From contig JAZDQA010000014.1 of NCBI GenBank assembly GCA_043797085.1, forward strand, positions 32,001 through 96,000: 64,000 bases of DNA. The letters are read 5' to 3'. Made by a program: the position numbers and the translations under genes. Shown here one piece after another: positions 30,694-38,800 of the stretch (the first letter of the stretch is position 1; every line of letters begins with the position of its first letter). Source of the stretch: Pseudomonadota bacterium (GTDB lineage Bacteria > Campylobacterota > Campylobacteria > Campylobacterales > Sulfurimonadaceae). The notes under the pieces were generated by a model. That model saw only the letters and a list, made by a program, of their open reading frames with translations, did not search any database and was not told the origin of the DNA.

Positions 30694-31763
30694 GCATTGA
30701 CACCATAAATATCAATCGACTTATTAAACGGTTTTCTCTCAGCTGATATATTTCTCGTATAACGTTCAAACAGCATTTGCGGTGTCGAGTGCCCTAATAT
30801 GGATGCAATTTCATTAACACTGTACTGACCGCTCATTAAAAGATTGGTTGCGCACGTGTGCCGCATCTCATACATACGACGATAATCCAACTCACACTCT
30901 TTTAAAATATCCGTCCATTGGTTTACACCTATAGTCGTGTAGTCATAAAAGGCTTTGCCGTACTGACTAACAAATACATACTCTTGATTGCCATTGAGTC
31001 TTTTCTGCTCTTCAAGAAAAGGAACTAATGAGTCAAAAATCGGAATGTATCGGATACTGCTTTGAGTTTTTGGTGAACCTTCAACACCCATTGATCTAGA
31101 TGCACAAACATATAGTTCACGTTTGTCGAGATTAACGTTTTCCCATTTAAGTGCAATGATTTCTCCAACTCGCATTCCCGTCATAAATCCTAACGCAAGA
31201 TAGTTTTTAAACCACCCTTGTGCTGTATCCAAAATGAGTTTAACCTCATAGGGCATAAACGGAACGATATGAGGTTTTGTGATCTTCAAAGCGTCCAGAG
31301 CATCCATAGGATTTCTCCCTATCTCTTCATCATGGAGAGCTTTTTTAAAAATGCCCCGAAATACACTTTGATAGTCTTTGACCGTTTTTGCTGTAAAACG
31401 TTTTAAAAGATCATTTCGCCATTTCTCGACATGAGATACTTTCAAATCTCTTATTGCATCATCCCCAAAAAGTGGAAGTATTGCATTATCAATAATAGAC
31501 AAATAGCGCCCATGTGTCTTAGGAGCAGTTATCTGCTTCTTTGATTCCATGAGCAATTCAGCGTAATAGCGCACCGTTTTAAGATGCTCTTTTTTGAGTG
31601 TCACTCTTCCTGTCATTATCCCCATTTTTAGTTGGGGAATGAGGTCTTTTTCGACCTTTTTGACATTGGACGGTGTCCACTCCAGACCCGTGGTTTTCCT
31701 GATTCTCGCCCCATTGACGAATAAGTCTATCCACACTCGATTGTTTTTTTTGAATACTGACAT
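30681..31763 (-). CDS. Tyrosine recombinase / phage-type integrase
   Basis: TGMRVGEI (R), PKT (K), YEMRHT (variant of HxxR), LGHS and ERY (Tyr); N-terminal arm-binding region. Start at ATG 31763 with an AAGGAG RBS. Confidence 0.93.
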   Translation of the reverse strand: MSVFKKNNRVWIDLFVNGARIRKTTGLEWTPSNVKKVEKDLIPQLKMGIMTGRVTLKKEHLKTVRYYAELLMESKKQITAPKTHGRYLSIIDNAILPLFGDDAIRDLKVSHVEKWRNDLLKRFTAKTVKDYQSVFRGIFKKALHDEEIGRNPMDALDALKITKPHIVPFMPYEVKLILDTAQGWFKNYLALGFMTGMRVGEIIALKWENVNLDKRELYVCASRSMGVEGSPKTQSSIRYIPIFDSLVPFLEEQKRLNGNQEYVFVSQYGKAFYDYTTIGVNQWTDILKECELDYRRMYEMRHTCATNLLMSGQYSVNEIASILGHSTPQMLFERYTRNISAERKPFNKSIDIYGVNAMAL

Positions 31764-32016
31764 TGTTTGACTCCTTGGATTCCTCCCAAAGCCAAGTATC
31801 CAGACGCTCTTTTGCAAAAAGTATTTTACCTGCTTTATCTGAATAATGTACTCCGAGAGTAAATGTTTGATCGGCGATTTTATGGCGTATGGTATGGGGT
31901 GATAGTCGCAAATACTCCCCTGCCTCTTCTACTGTCATAAGGGAACGAACTGCTCCTATGATAAGAGCTTTAAGTTCGTCAAAATCCTCTTTGGTAATTA
32001 GCTCTATTGTTGCCAT
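31579..32016 (-). CDS. Excisionase-like HTH protein
   Basis: LMTVEEAGEYLRLSPHTIR...GKILFAKERLDTWL fits the Xis/HTH_17 pattern; AGGAG RBS; 3' part overlaps int. Confidence 0.8.
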   Translation of the reverse strand: MATIELITKEDFDELKALIIGAVRSLMTVEEAGEYLRLSPHTIRHKIADQTFTLGVHYSDKAGKILFAKERLDTWLWEESKESNNVSIQKKQSSVDRLIRQWGENQENHGSGVDTVQCQKGRKRPHSPTKNGDNDRKSDTQKRAS

Positions 32017-33410
32017 AGTTCTAACTCCTTTTGCCCTACTTTTCTTTGGTAATATTCTTGTTCAACAATTGCCAAATGCTTAACGATTAAACTTGTATCG
32101 GGAATTGTTTGGGCTAGCTCCTGATGGAGTGCTTTTGTGAGTGCCTTACAAGCAAGATCAACATCGCTATCGCTCATGCGTGACGGTTCAGGCGGAAGTG
32201 TGGGAATGGGGATAAGATTACGAGTTAAGAGATAACGAGCCTCTCCCGTATCAAAGATAATCGGGACAAATGGTTTGACAGCCAATTTTGCTTTGGGTGA
32301 TAGCCACAAACTGCTCTCATGCAATATTTTTCTTATCTCATCATGATGTACAAGAACTGTATTCTCTTCCGCTTTGGTTACGAGTGTGCGAAATTCTTTC
32401 AAGAAATCACTTGCTTTATACTCTTTAAGTTTTGGAATTAACCGTTCAAGCGGTTTGTCTGCTTGTGGATGAGCATTAAACGTATAGGAGCTATCGAGAT
32501 ATTCCCATAGCGGATGCGTAGAAGCACGATGCAAACGTCCGCCGTCAATATCTTTTTGGCTGATTGTTGACATATCGCCAAGACGTACTATTTTCATAAA
32601 ACGGTGAAACAGTGATTCAGCATTTTCAAGCAGATCATCAAGTGAGCTAATACGGTATCGTTTTAAAAATTCTCGGTGACATTCAAATTCAAGATTCCAT
32701 AATTGCTTAGTGGGATTAATACCATGTTCTAAAAAGTAAAGACCCATTATTTCGTATTTAGCAGAACCAACCAATTCGGCACGTTTGTCATATATACGCA
32801 GACGAAAGGGAGGCTTACCAATATACATGGTTTCATATCCGATTTTAGAGCCGAATATTTGAACGAATTTTTGTTTTCGGGTGATAATATCAATTTTGTC
32901 TATCACGCTTCCAAGATCGTATTGGCAAAAAATATTCAGATCAGCACGGGTGACTGTATAGACTGGGTTGCTTATTGATGCCAATAATGTATTATTAACG
33001 TAATCAAGTAAACCTTTTAAGCCTAATAGATAGATTCCACTTGCTTGAAGCTGAACGCGTATATCTTGTACTCCTTTATTTTTGAAGGGGTCTTTAAATC
33101 CGACACGAAGCCAACCTGCACCATCTCCAAAGAAATAGAATCCCTCTTTATTTCCATAATAAACGAATTCCTTTTCAGCAATCGTTGTATAGTGAGAATT
33201 AGCAGGAATAAAACCGCCCCATATTGCTTTCTTGTTTTCAATTGCAATAGCCATAGCACCATAAAATGTTTCATAAGCACAATTGGACTGTGCGAAATAA
33301 TACAATGAGTCAATTCCGCCTATTGTCGGAAAATCATAGCTCCCTGATGGAGCAACTTTATTTAAAACCTTTTGTTCCTCAAATGCAGGAACTTTTATAA
33401 CAGAATTCAT
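32004..33410 (-). CDS. Rep_trans-family rolling-circle replication initiator / MOB_T-like relaxase
   Basis: GIDSLY, TRADL, ETMYIG, RLRIYDK (catalytic Tyr, cf. pT181 Rep IRIYNK) and WNLEFE. Confidence 0.78.
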   Translation of the reverse strand: MNSVIKVPAFEEQKVLNKVAPSGSYDFPTIGGIDSLYYFAQSNCAYETFYGAMAIAIENKKAIWGGFIPANSHYTTIAEKEFVYYGNKEGFYFFGDGAGWLRVGFKDPFKNKGVQDIRVQLQASGIYLLGLKGLLDYVNNTLLASISNPVYTVTRADLNIFCQYDLGSVIDKIDIITRKQKFVQIFGSKIGYETMYIGKPPFRLRIYDKRAELVGSAKYEIMGLYFLEHGINPTKQLWNLEFECHREFLKRYRISSLDDLLENAESLFHRFMKIVRLGDMSTISQKDIDGGRLHRASTHPLWEYLDSSYTFNAHPQADKPLERLIPKLKEYKASDFLKEFRTLVTKAEENTVLVHHDEIRKILHESSLWLSPKAKLAVKPFVPIIFDTGEARYLLTRNLIPIPTLPPEPSRMSDSDVDLACKALTKALHQELAQTIPDTSLIVKHLAIVEQEYYQRKVGQKELELWQQ

Positions 33411-33477
33411 TTTTAACCCTAGTGTTAATAGGGTTCCAAAAATCCGCGTGTTTTAATCCTAATTTGTCGTTTGTACT

Positions 33478-33497
33478 GGGGTATTACTATATACCCC
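33478..33497 (-). other. Candidate double-strand origin / nick-site hairpin
   Basis: Perfect 7 bp stem GGGGTAT-tactat-ATACCCC about 70 nt upstream of rep. Confidence 0.5.
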
Positions 33498-33961
33498 GTT
33501 TACACTCTTATCTAACGCCTCGATGACCTGACCGAAACTTAGAAACTCTCTGTCTCGTTGTTGCCCCCACGGCAAAGCCGTGGTGGTCTTTTTAAGAGAG
33601 AAAGCTCCGCCTTCTTTCTGCTAAGGGCTATAAGCCCACGCAGGGGAGAAAACGGCGGAAGAATTGACAATAGTAAAAAATCTTTGGTGTAGTCTTATTT
33701 GTGTGTGTGTTTATGTAGTGTGGGGCGATCAGGCGGCTTTTATTTCATTTTCTTTTCGCTTGGCAGCTTCGTGTGTCATTAATTATTGTGTGTTATCTGC
33801 CTATTCTTTTCTTTCTTTTACGTTGCCTGTCTATAATGTGTGTATTTTATTTTGTCTGTATGTTTTACACCTAATTGCGATTCGATAGAACCTTTTATAT
33901 TTTGACCGATGAATCGGTACGGGACAAGTTTAGCGGGTTTGATAGGAAGTGTCAAGATATA

Positions 33962-33970
33962 TGGTATATT
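33962..33970 (+). promoter_or_regulatory. Extended -10-like promoter for cargo genes
   Basis: TGGTATATT about 38 nt before ATG 34009. Confidence 0.4.
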
Positions 33971-34008
33971 ACTGAACTTGTAAAGTTAAAAAAATTGTAG
34001 GTATATAA

Positions 34009-34566
34009 ATGAGTAATCCACATGTTTCAAGATTAAAAAAACATTTTCCTACATATATTTATCCTACAATATCTACATGTTTAATAGACCATAAAGGTGT
34101 AGGCGCAACTATTTTAATTTGTTGTGCGATTGATACATTGGCTAGTTATGCGGCATCAAGTCCTAGTCATCAAGGTAACAAGAAAAAATTTATCAATTTT
34201 GTTGAAAAATATTTTTCAAATGACTATGATCCTGAACAATTTTATAAAATGGTCAGATGTGGACTTGTTCATTCATTTAATATGGAGCATACCTACACTA
34301 TTTTGTGTTCAAAAGTAACTTGGGCGCAAGAGCTACATCTCACAACATCAAAAGAATTTAATTATCAAATTATTTTAAATCCATACACATTATTTAGAGA
34401 CCTAAAAAAAGCGCATAAAGCATTCATTTTAGATTTAGAAAATGATATAGAATTACGAAAGATTTTCAGTAAGCTATACATTAACAGTCCTATTTTAAAG
34501 CAACAAACACGAATAATAAAAGCTGTAAAAAAAGTATCTCATCAAAATTCCATACTTGATAATTAA
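34009..34566 (+). CDS. Putative HEPN-domain protein (element cargo)
   Basis: Helical; ILICCAIDTL...FINFVEKYF...RCGLVH contains an Rx4H motif; AT-rich. Confidence 0.65.
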   Translation: MSNPHVSRLKKHFPTYIYPTISTCLIDHKGVGATILICCAIDTLASYAASSPSHQGNKKKFINFVEKYFSNDYDPEQFYKMVRCGLVHSFNMEHTYTILCSKVTWAQELHLTTSKEFNYQIILNPYTLFRDLKKAHKAFILDLENDIELRKIFSKLYINSPILKQQTRIIKAVKKVSHQNSILDN

Positions 34567-34579
34567 CTAAAGTGAAAAT

Positions 34580-35683
34580 ATGACCAATCAAGAGCAAATA
34601 CTTTTTTTGAAAAAATCTTATACAGACTTAACACATATAGTTGAACATATCCGTACACCAGATGCTATCAACAAATGGAAAGCTATATTATTACCAAAAT
34701 TAGAGGGAAGTAACAAAATAAAAATTAGCAGAATCGAAATTTTTAGATATCCTCAAAATTCATACAATTTTCATATGGAGTTAGATACTCATGAATTGAA
34801 TATAGCTAAAGCAGTATTAAGAGACATTGCTTTTAAATATTTGGATGTAAAAACAAAAGAAAACATTGAAGCCCTGAAATTACTTAAAGCTAGAGAAGAA
34901 AATATAGACTTTGAAATGCAATTAGCAGAAATGGTTTGTGGAGATAATACAAAATTTCCTTATAGATCTTCAACATACTTAACAGAGTTCTTTCAAAATC
35001 TAGGTTACAACTATGTACACAGCGGGGAAACAAGAAAATATTGGGTAAAAAATATTTTGGAAGAATTAAACATCAAAGAAATACATATTTTAGTTTCAAC
35101 TGGACTATTCCGGCAAAAATATTTTCTTGATTTTGCTAAAGAGAAGTCATTAGATTCAAAAATATTTTTCAAAAATGCTGCAAATGAATTTAAAGAATTT
35201 GTTCAAAATTCAGTTGAATGTAATAAGCATTTTGATTTATCTAGCGTACTTGATATGAATGTAAATATTGAACTATTATTCGATCATGAAGCCAAAACAT
35301 ATGATAAAGAATTAAATACATTAATTGAGGAAGCAAAAGAAAGATTTTTCAATCCTAATGATAAACAGATTGCTTTAGAAAAGCTATGGGATGCATTTGA
35401 AAGAATTAAAACATTTTATTTATCAGAAGGTCTTAAAAAAAGTCAATCTGCCGAAAAATTAGTTGAAACTATTTCTAAAAAATTTGATAAGGATTTTATA
35501 GACCATGAATTTAAAGTGCTGACTAAAATAGGTAACGAGTATCGTATTCGTCATCATGAAATGGATAAATTGGAATTAACTATAGAGCATCAAAACTATT
35601 TTTTCTTTAGAATGCTAACACTAATTGATCTGTGCTTAGTATTTTTAAATGAAAGTGAAATCGAAGATACTCACATCTTTTAA
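34580..35683 (+). CDS. AbiJ-like abortive infection protein (HEPN-type C-terminus)
   Basis: C-terminal ALEKLWDAFERIKT...LTKIGNEYRIRHHE; central LAEMVCGD..FPYRSS..LTEFF domain; AT-rich. Confidence 0.72.
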   Translation: MTNQEQILFLKKSYTDLTHIVEHIRTPDAINKWKAILLPKLEGSNKIKISRIEIFRYPQNSYNFHMELDTHELNIAKAVLRDIAFKYLDVKTKENIEALKLLKAREENIDFEMQLAEMVCGDNTKFPYRSSTYLTEFFQNLGYNYVHSGETRKYWVKNILEELNIKEIHILVSTGLFRQKYFLDFAKEKSLDSKIFFKNAANEFKEFVQNSVECNKHFDLSSVLDMNVNIELLFDHEAKTYDKELNTLIEEAKERFFNPNDKQIALEKLWDAFERIKTFYLSEGLKKSQSAEKLVETISKKFDKDFIDHEFKVLTKIGNEYRIRHHEMDKLELTIEHQNYFFFRMLTLIDLCLVFLNESEIEDTHIF

Positions 35684-35776
35684 AAATCAGTAGACAACTT
35701 TAATAATTCCTTTGATATTTTCAGTTAACTCTTTTTTAATGAAGTAATAAATGCTTGTAATAACGAAGTGAGTTTT

Positions 35777-35796
35777 AGTGCCACTATAGTGCCATA
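35777..35796 (+). repeat. Putative integrase arm-type site, right
   Basis: AGTGCCACTATAGTGCCATA, 19/20 identical to 30674-30693. Confidence 0.7.
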
Positions 35797-35881
35797 AGCA
35801 GAAGCTAAAATAAATCAAGATTGTGCAAAAGAAACGCTGGAAATTTCGCTTTTAGTGAGGTTTGTTAATATTGCGTGAGGA

Positions 35882-35905
35882 TTCGAATCTCTCCTCGTCC
35901 GCCAC
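35882..35905 (+). repeat. att core, right copy
   Basis: TTCGAATCTCTCCTCGTCCGCCAC, identical to 30604-30627. Confidence 0.93.
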
Positions 35906-36041
35906 ACTTAATCCCCTCCAACACAATCCAAAAAGACAAACACAAACCCCTTAAATAAACACTTTTAAAGCTATTTAGCCTCTAATACGTATTTATCTGA
36001 TACAACCACATCCATATTCTTAATGTACTTTCGTATAATGC

Positions 36042-36731
36042 TTACTTTTCCTCTCGCACTACTCCATCCTCAACCCTCAAAATCCGATCAAACAGTGGCA
36101 GCATGCGCTCATCGTGAGTGACAACGACAATAGCAACCTGCTGTTCATGGGCTAGTTTTCGCAGTAACTCCATGACGGAAAGTGCTCTCTCACCATCCAA
36201 TGCGGCAGTCGGTTCATCGGCAAGGATGATTTTAGGATTATTAGCAAGCGACCTTGCGATAGCTACCCTTTGGCTTTGACCCCCTGAGAGCTGTGAGGGC
36301 ATTTTCTTTTCTTTGTCCCCTACTCCCAAATACTCCAACAGTTCTCTGGCTTTGGCGTTAGAATCCTTTGTAGACACCCCATTCATCTGTGGGACTAAGG
36401 TTACATTTTCCAATACATTCAAAAAAGGGATCAAATTGTGTGCCTGAAAAATAAATCCGATATTCTCACGGCGAAGCTTGCGCTCATCATGGATAAGCCA
36501 TTTTTCGTCGTACACTATGTCACCATTTAGGACAAGTTTTCCGCTTGAGGGTTCCGTGATACACCCTATCATCGTAATAAGCGTTGTTTTTCCCGAACCG
36601 CTGGGACCTAGAAGCGCCACCGTTTCTCCTGAAAAGATCTCGAATGTCGCCTCTTTAATCGCAGTAACGGCACTCTCACCTATTCCGTACGTTTTTGAAA
36701 TACCACTCATGGCTATTATTGGTTTACTCAT
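36042..36731 (-). CDS. ABC exporter ATP-binding subunit (MacB/LolD/DevA type)
   Basis: GPSGSGKTT, LSGGQSQRVAIAR, ILADEPT and VVTHD. Confidence 0.93.
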   Translation of the reverse strand: MSKPIIAMSGISKTYGIGESAVTAIKEATFEIFSGETVALLGPSGSGKTTLITMIGCITEPSSGKLVLNGDIVYDEKWLIHDERKLRRENIGFIFQAHNLIPFLNVLENVTLVPQMNGVSTKDSNAKARELLEYLGVGDKEKKMPSQLSGGQSQRVAIARSLANNPKIILADEPTAALDGERALSVMELLRKLAHEQQVAIVVVTHDERMLPLFDRILRVEDGVVREEK

Positions 36732-37868
36732 TTATCCCCCAATCGCACTGGATGGATCAACACGAAGTGCCGTACGAATACCCGAAAGGGATGCCAAAAT
36801 ACTCACGATAATGATCACAATAAAAAGTTTTAGTGCATCAGTAGGGATAAGGATGACCGTTTTTGGGAAAAAGTTTGCGCTTGCATTGGCAAAGATATTT
36901 CCACCGATAAACGCAAGAATTCCCAGTAATAACGATTGCTGTCCAATCATCTTCGTAATGATGATATTGGGTGCTCCTATGAGTTTTAAAATGGCTATCT
37001 CTTTCATTTTACCGATCGTCATCGTGTAGATAATAAGCGAAATAATCACCGACGAGACGATGAGTAAAATCACGGTGAACATCCCTATTTGTTTAGCAGA
37101 GCGTTCAATGAGATTTTTAGTGAGAATATCACTCTGTTCTTGTGCCGTATAGACTTCTTGATGTTTCCATCGCTGGATTTCTCTCGCAACTGCTTTAGGA
37201 TCAAAACCTTCTTTAAGAGTCAAAACAATCGTATTGACCGTAGAGGTTGAAACGCTGTTTCCTCCACGGAAGCGGTCATTGCGAATTTGCTCGTTGCTAA
37301 ACAAAAATTGCAGCTCTTGCGCCTCATTTAGATCCAAATAAATCATTGGATCACCGCCTGAAGAGACGGCTTTGTGCGTCATTCCTACAACCGTATACAT
37401 TTCACGTCCCAGCGGTATGGAATCTCCGAGCTTAAATCCCGTTTTGCTATCGACGATGATCTCTTTGTGGGGGATTTGGATGGAACGTCCAGAACTAAGA
37501 GTATACGGCTCATAGCCGCTAAATACATCATAGCCCAAGGCAAAGACCCGTATCGGCTTCTTAGCTTGAAAAATTTGGAGGCTTTGAAAGGTGATCGGAT
37601 GCACCTCATCCACCCCTAAAAATCCTTTGAGCGAATATTTGAGATCTTCATGGAGTCGTGAATTTTCGGCAAAAGGTCCAAGGGTATCTTTTTGTACCAC
37701 CCATAAATCGGCTGCTATATCATTGGGGACGATCATCGAGTCGTGCACCATTCCCCGATACACACCGATCATAATGAGCACCACACCAATGAGCATCCCA
37801 ACTCCCAGTGCGGTGACGATAAACTTACCCAGCGAATGAGCAATATCACGTTGTGCGAGATTAATCAT
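36732..37868 (-). CDS. ABC exporter permease (FtsX/MacB/DevC type)
   Basis: N-terminal TM, periplasmic domain, EIAILKLIGA and three C-terminal TMs. Confidence 0.9.
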   Translation of the reverse strand: MINLAQRDIAHSLGKFIVTALGVGMLIGVVLIMIGVYRGMVHDSMIVPNDIAADLWVVQKDTLGPFAENSRLHEDLKYSLKGFLGVDEVHPITFQSLQIFQAKKPIRVFALGYDVFSGYEPYTLSSGRSIQIPHKEIIVDSKTGFKLGDSIPLGREMYTVVGMTHKAVSSGGDPMIYLDLNEAQELQFLFSNEQIRNDRFRGGNSVSTSTVNTIVLTLKEGFDPKAVAREIQRWKHQEVYTAQEQSDILTKNLIERSAKQIGMFTVILLIVSSVIISLIIYTMTIGKMKEIAILKLIGAPNIIITKMIGQQSLLLGILAFIGGNIFANASANFFPKTVILIPTDALKLFIVIIIVSILASLSGIRTALRVDPSSAIGG

Positions 37869-38800
37869 AATTTTATTTTTGCTTTAGATGAAATATCGAT
37901 AATCGTTTCCGCTTGCTCACCGATATGAATCGGATTTGGAAGAGTATCTAAAGCAATATAGACAACACGCTCTTCCGTAATACGGTCACTCTCCACCCCG
38001 ATTCGAACCACTTTACCTGAAAATTTCTGATCCGGAAACGATCTGAGAGTGACTGTTGCACTTTGCCCTGCTTTTACTTTTGCACTTTGACGCTCATCGA
38101 TGTAGGTTTTAATCCACAGTGTTTTGGGATTTGCGAGTCGAAACACCGCCATCCCTGCACCTACGGTACTCCCTGCTTCAAAATCACGCGAAACGACGAT
38201 TCCATCAAAGGGTGAGACTAAGGTCAAATCATCAATTTTATCTTGTTGGCTCATACGTGTCGCAAGGGATTTTTCAATGTCATATTTGGAGATTTTCAGA
38301 TTTTCTTTGGCGCTTATCAATTGCGCTGCGGCACTTTGCGCTCCCGCTTGTGCACTGTCAAACTCGGCTTGGGTTACAAATCCCCCTTTTAAAAGAGTTG
38401 TGTAACGAGAAAGTGTCGTATCCGCTAGAGCCTTTTTGGCTTTTAAATCCTCGATAATCGCATTTTGGGATGCCATTTGAGCACGGCTTTTAGCAATCGT
38501 TGCCGTGCTCTCTTGTAAATTTCCGCGCAGTTCTGAGATTTCCATTTTTGCCAGCACTTGACCCTCTCGAATCACATCACCCTCATCGGCAAACAACTCC
38601 GCAAGCTTGGACGTTGTTTTGGGAGCGAGTACTACTATCTCTTTGGCTTCTATCGTCCCTACTCCGCTGACAAATATTATTTCAGGTGCTTTACTAACCA
38701 TAATATCAGGTGTTTTTTGTGCTTGGAGCTTTACGTACACCACAACAACTGCTACCACAAAAGCCACCAATCCTATCCAAACATATTTATTTTTTATCAT
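37865..38800 (-). CDS. Membrane fusion protein (HlyD/MacA type)
   Basis: N-terminal TM, lipoyl-like DEGDVIREGQVL, coiled coil and SPFDGIV. Start re-assigned to MIKNK. Confidence 0.88.
   Translation of the reverse strand: MIKNKYVWIGLVAFVVAVVVVYVKLQAQKTPDIMVSKAPEIIFVSGVGTIEAKEIVVLAPKTTSKLAELFADEGDVIREGQVLAKMEISELRGNLQESTATIAKSRAQMASQNAIIEDLKAKKALADTTLSRYTTLLKGGFVTQAEFDSAQAGAQSAAAQLISAKENLKISKYDIEKSLATRMSQQDKIDDLTLVSPFDGIVVSRDFEAGSTVGAGMAVFRLANPKTLWIKTYIDERQSAKVKAGQSATVTLRSFPDQKFSGKVVRIGVESDRITEERVVYIALDTLPNPIHIGEQAETIIDISSKAKIKL

Larger units (their letters stand above)
30604..35905. mobile_element. ~5.3 kb integrative element in tRNA-Ser 3' end (int + xis + Rep_trans + two cargo genes)
   Basis: Bounded by an exact 24 bp direct repeat of the tRNA 3' end. 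Integrase is adjacent to the tRNA; internal repeats lie near both ends. Confidence 0.92.

Noticed and set aside
33729..33779. 16-codon minus-strand ORF MTHEAAKRKENEIKAA
   Set aside because: Too short and no clear RBS; cannot be supported without conservation data.
33664..33888. 74 aa hydrophobic ORF on the plus strand
   Set aside because: TTG start, no RBS, and low-complexity T/G-rich DNA; most likely non-coding origin or promoter region.
30604..35905. Element as a prophage or inovirus
   Set aside because: No capsid, Zot/pI ATPase, terminase or small coat-like genes lie between the att sites.
35882..35905. Second tRNA gene
   Set aside because: Only the T-loop and acceptor 3' half are present; it is the att duplication.
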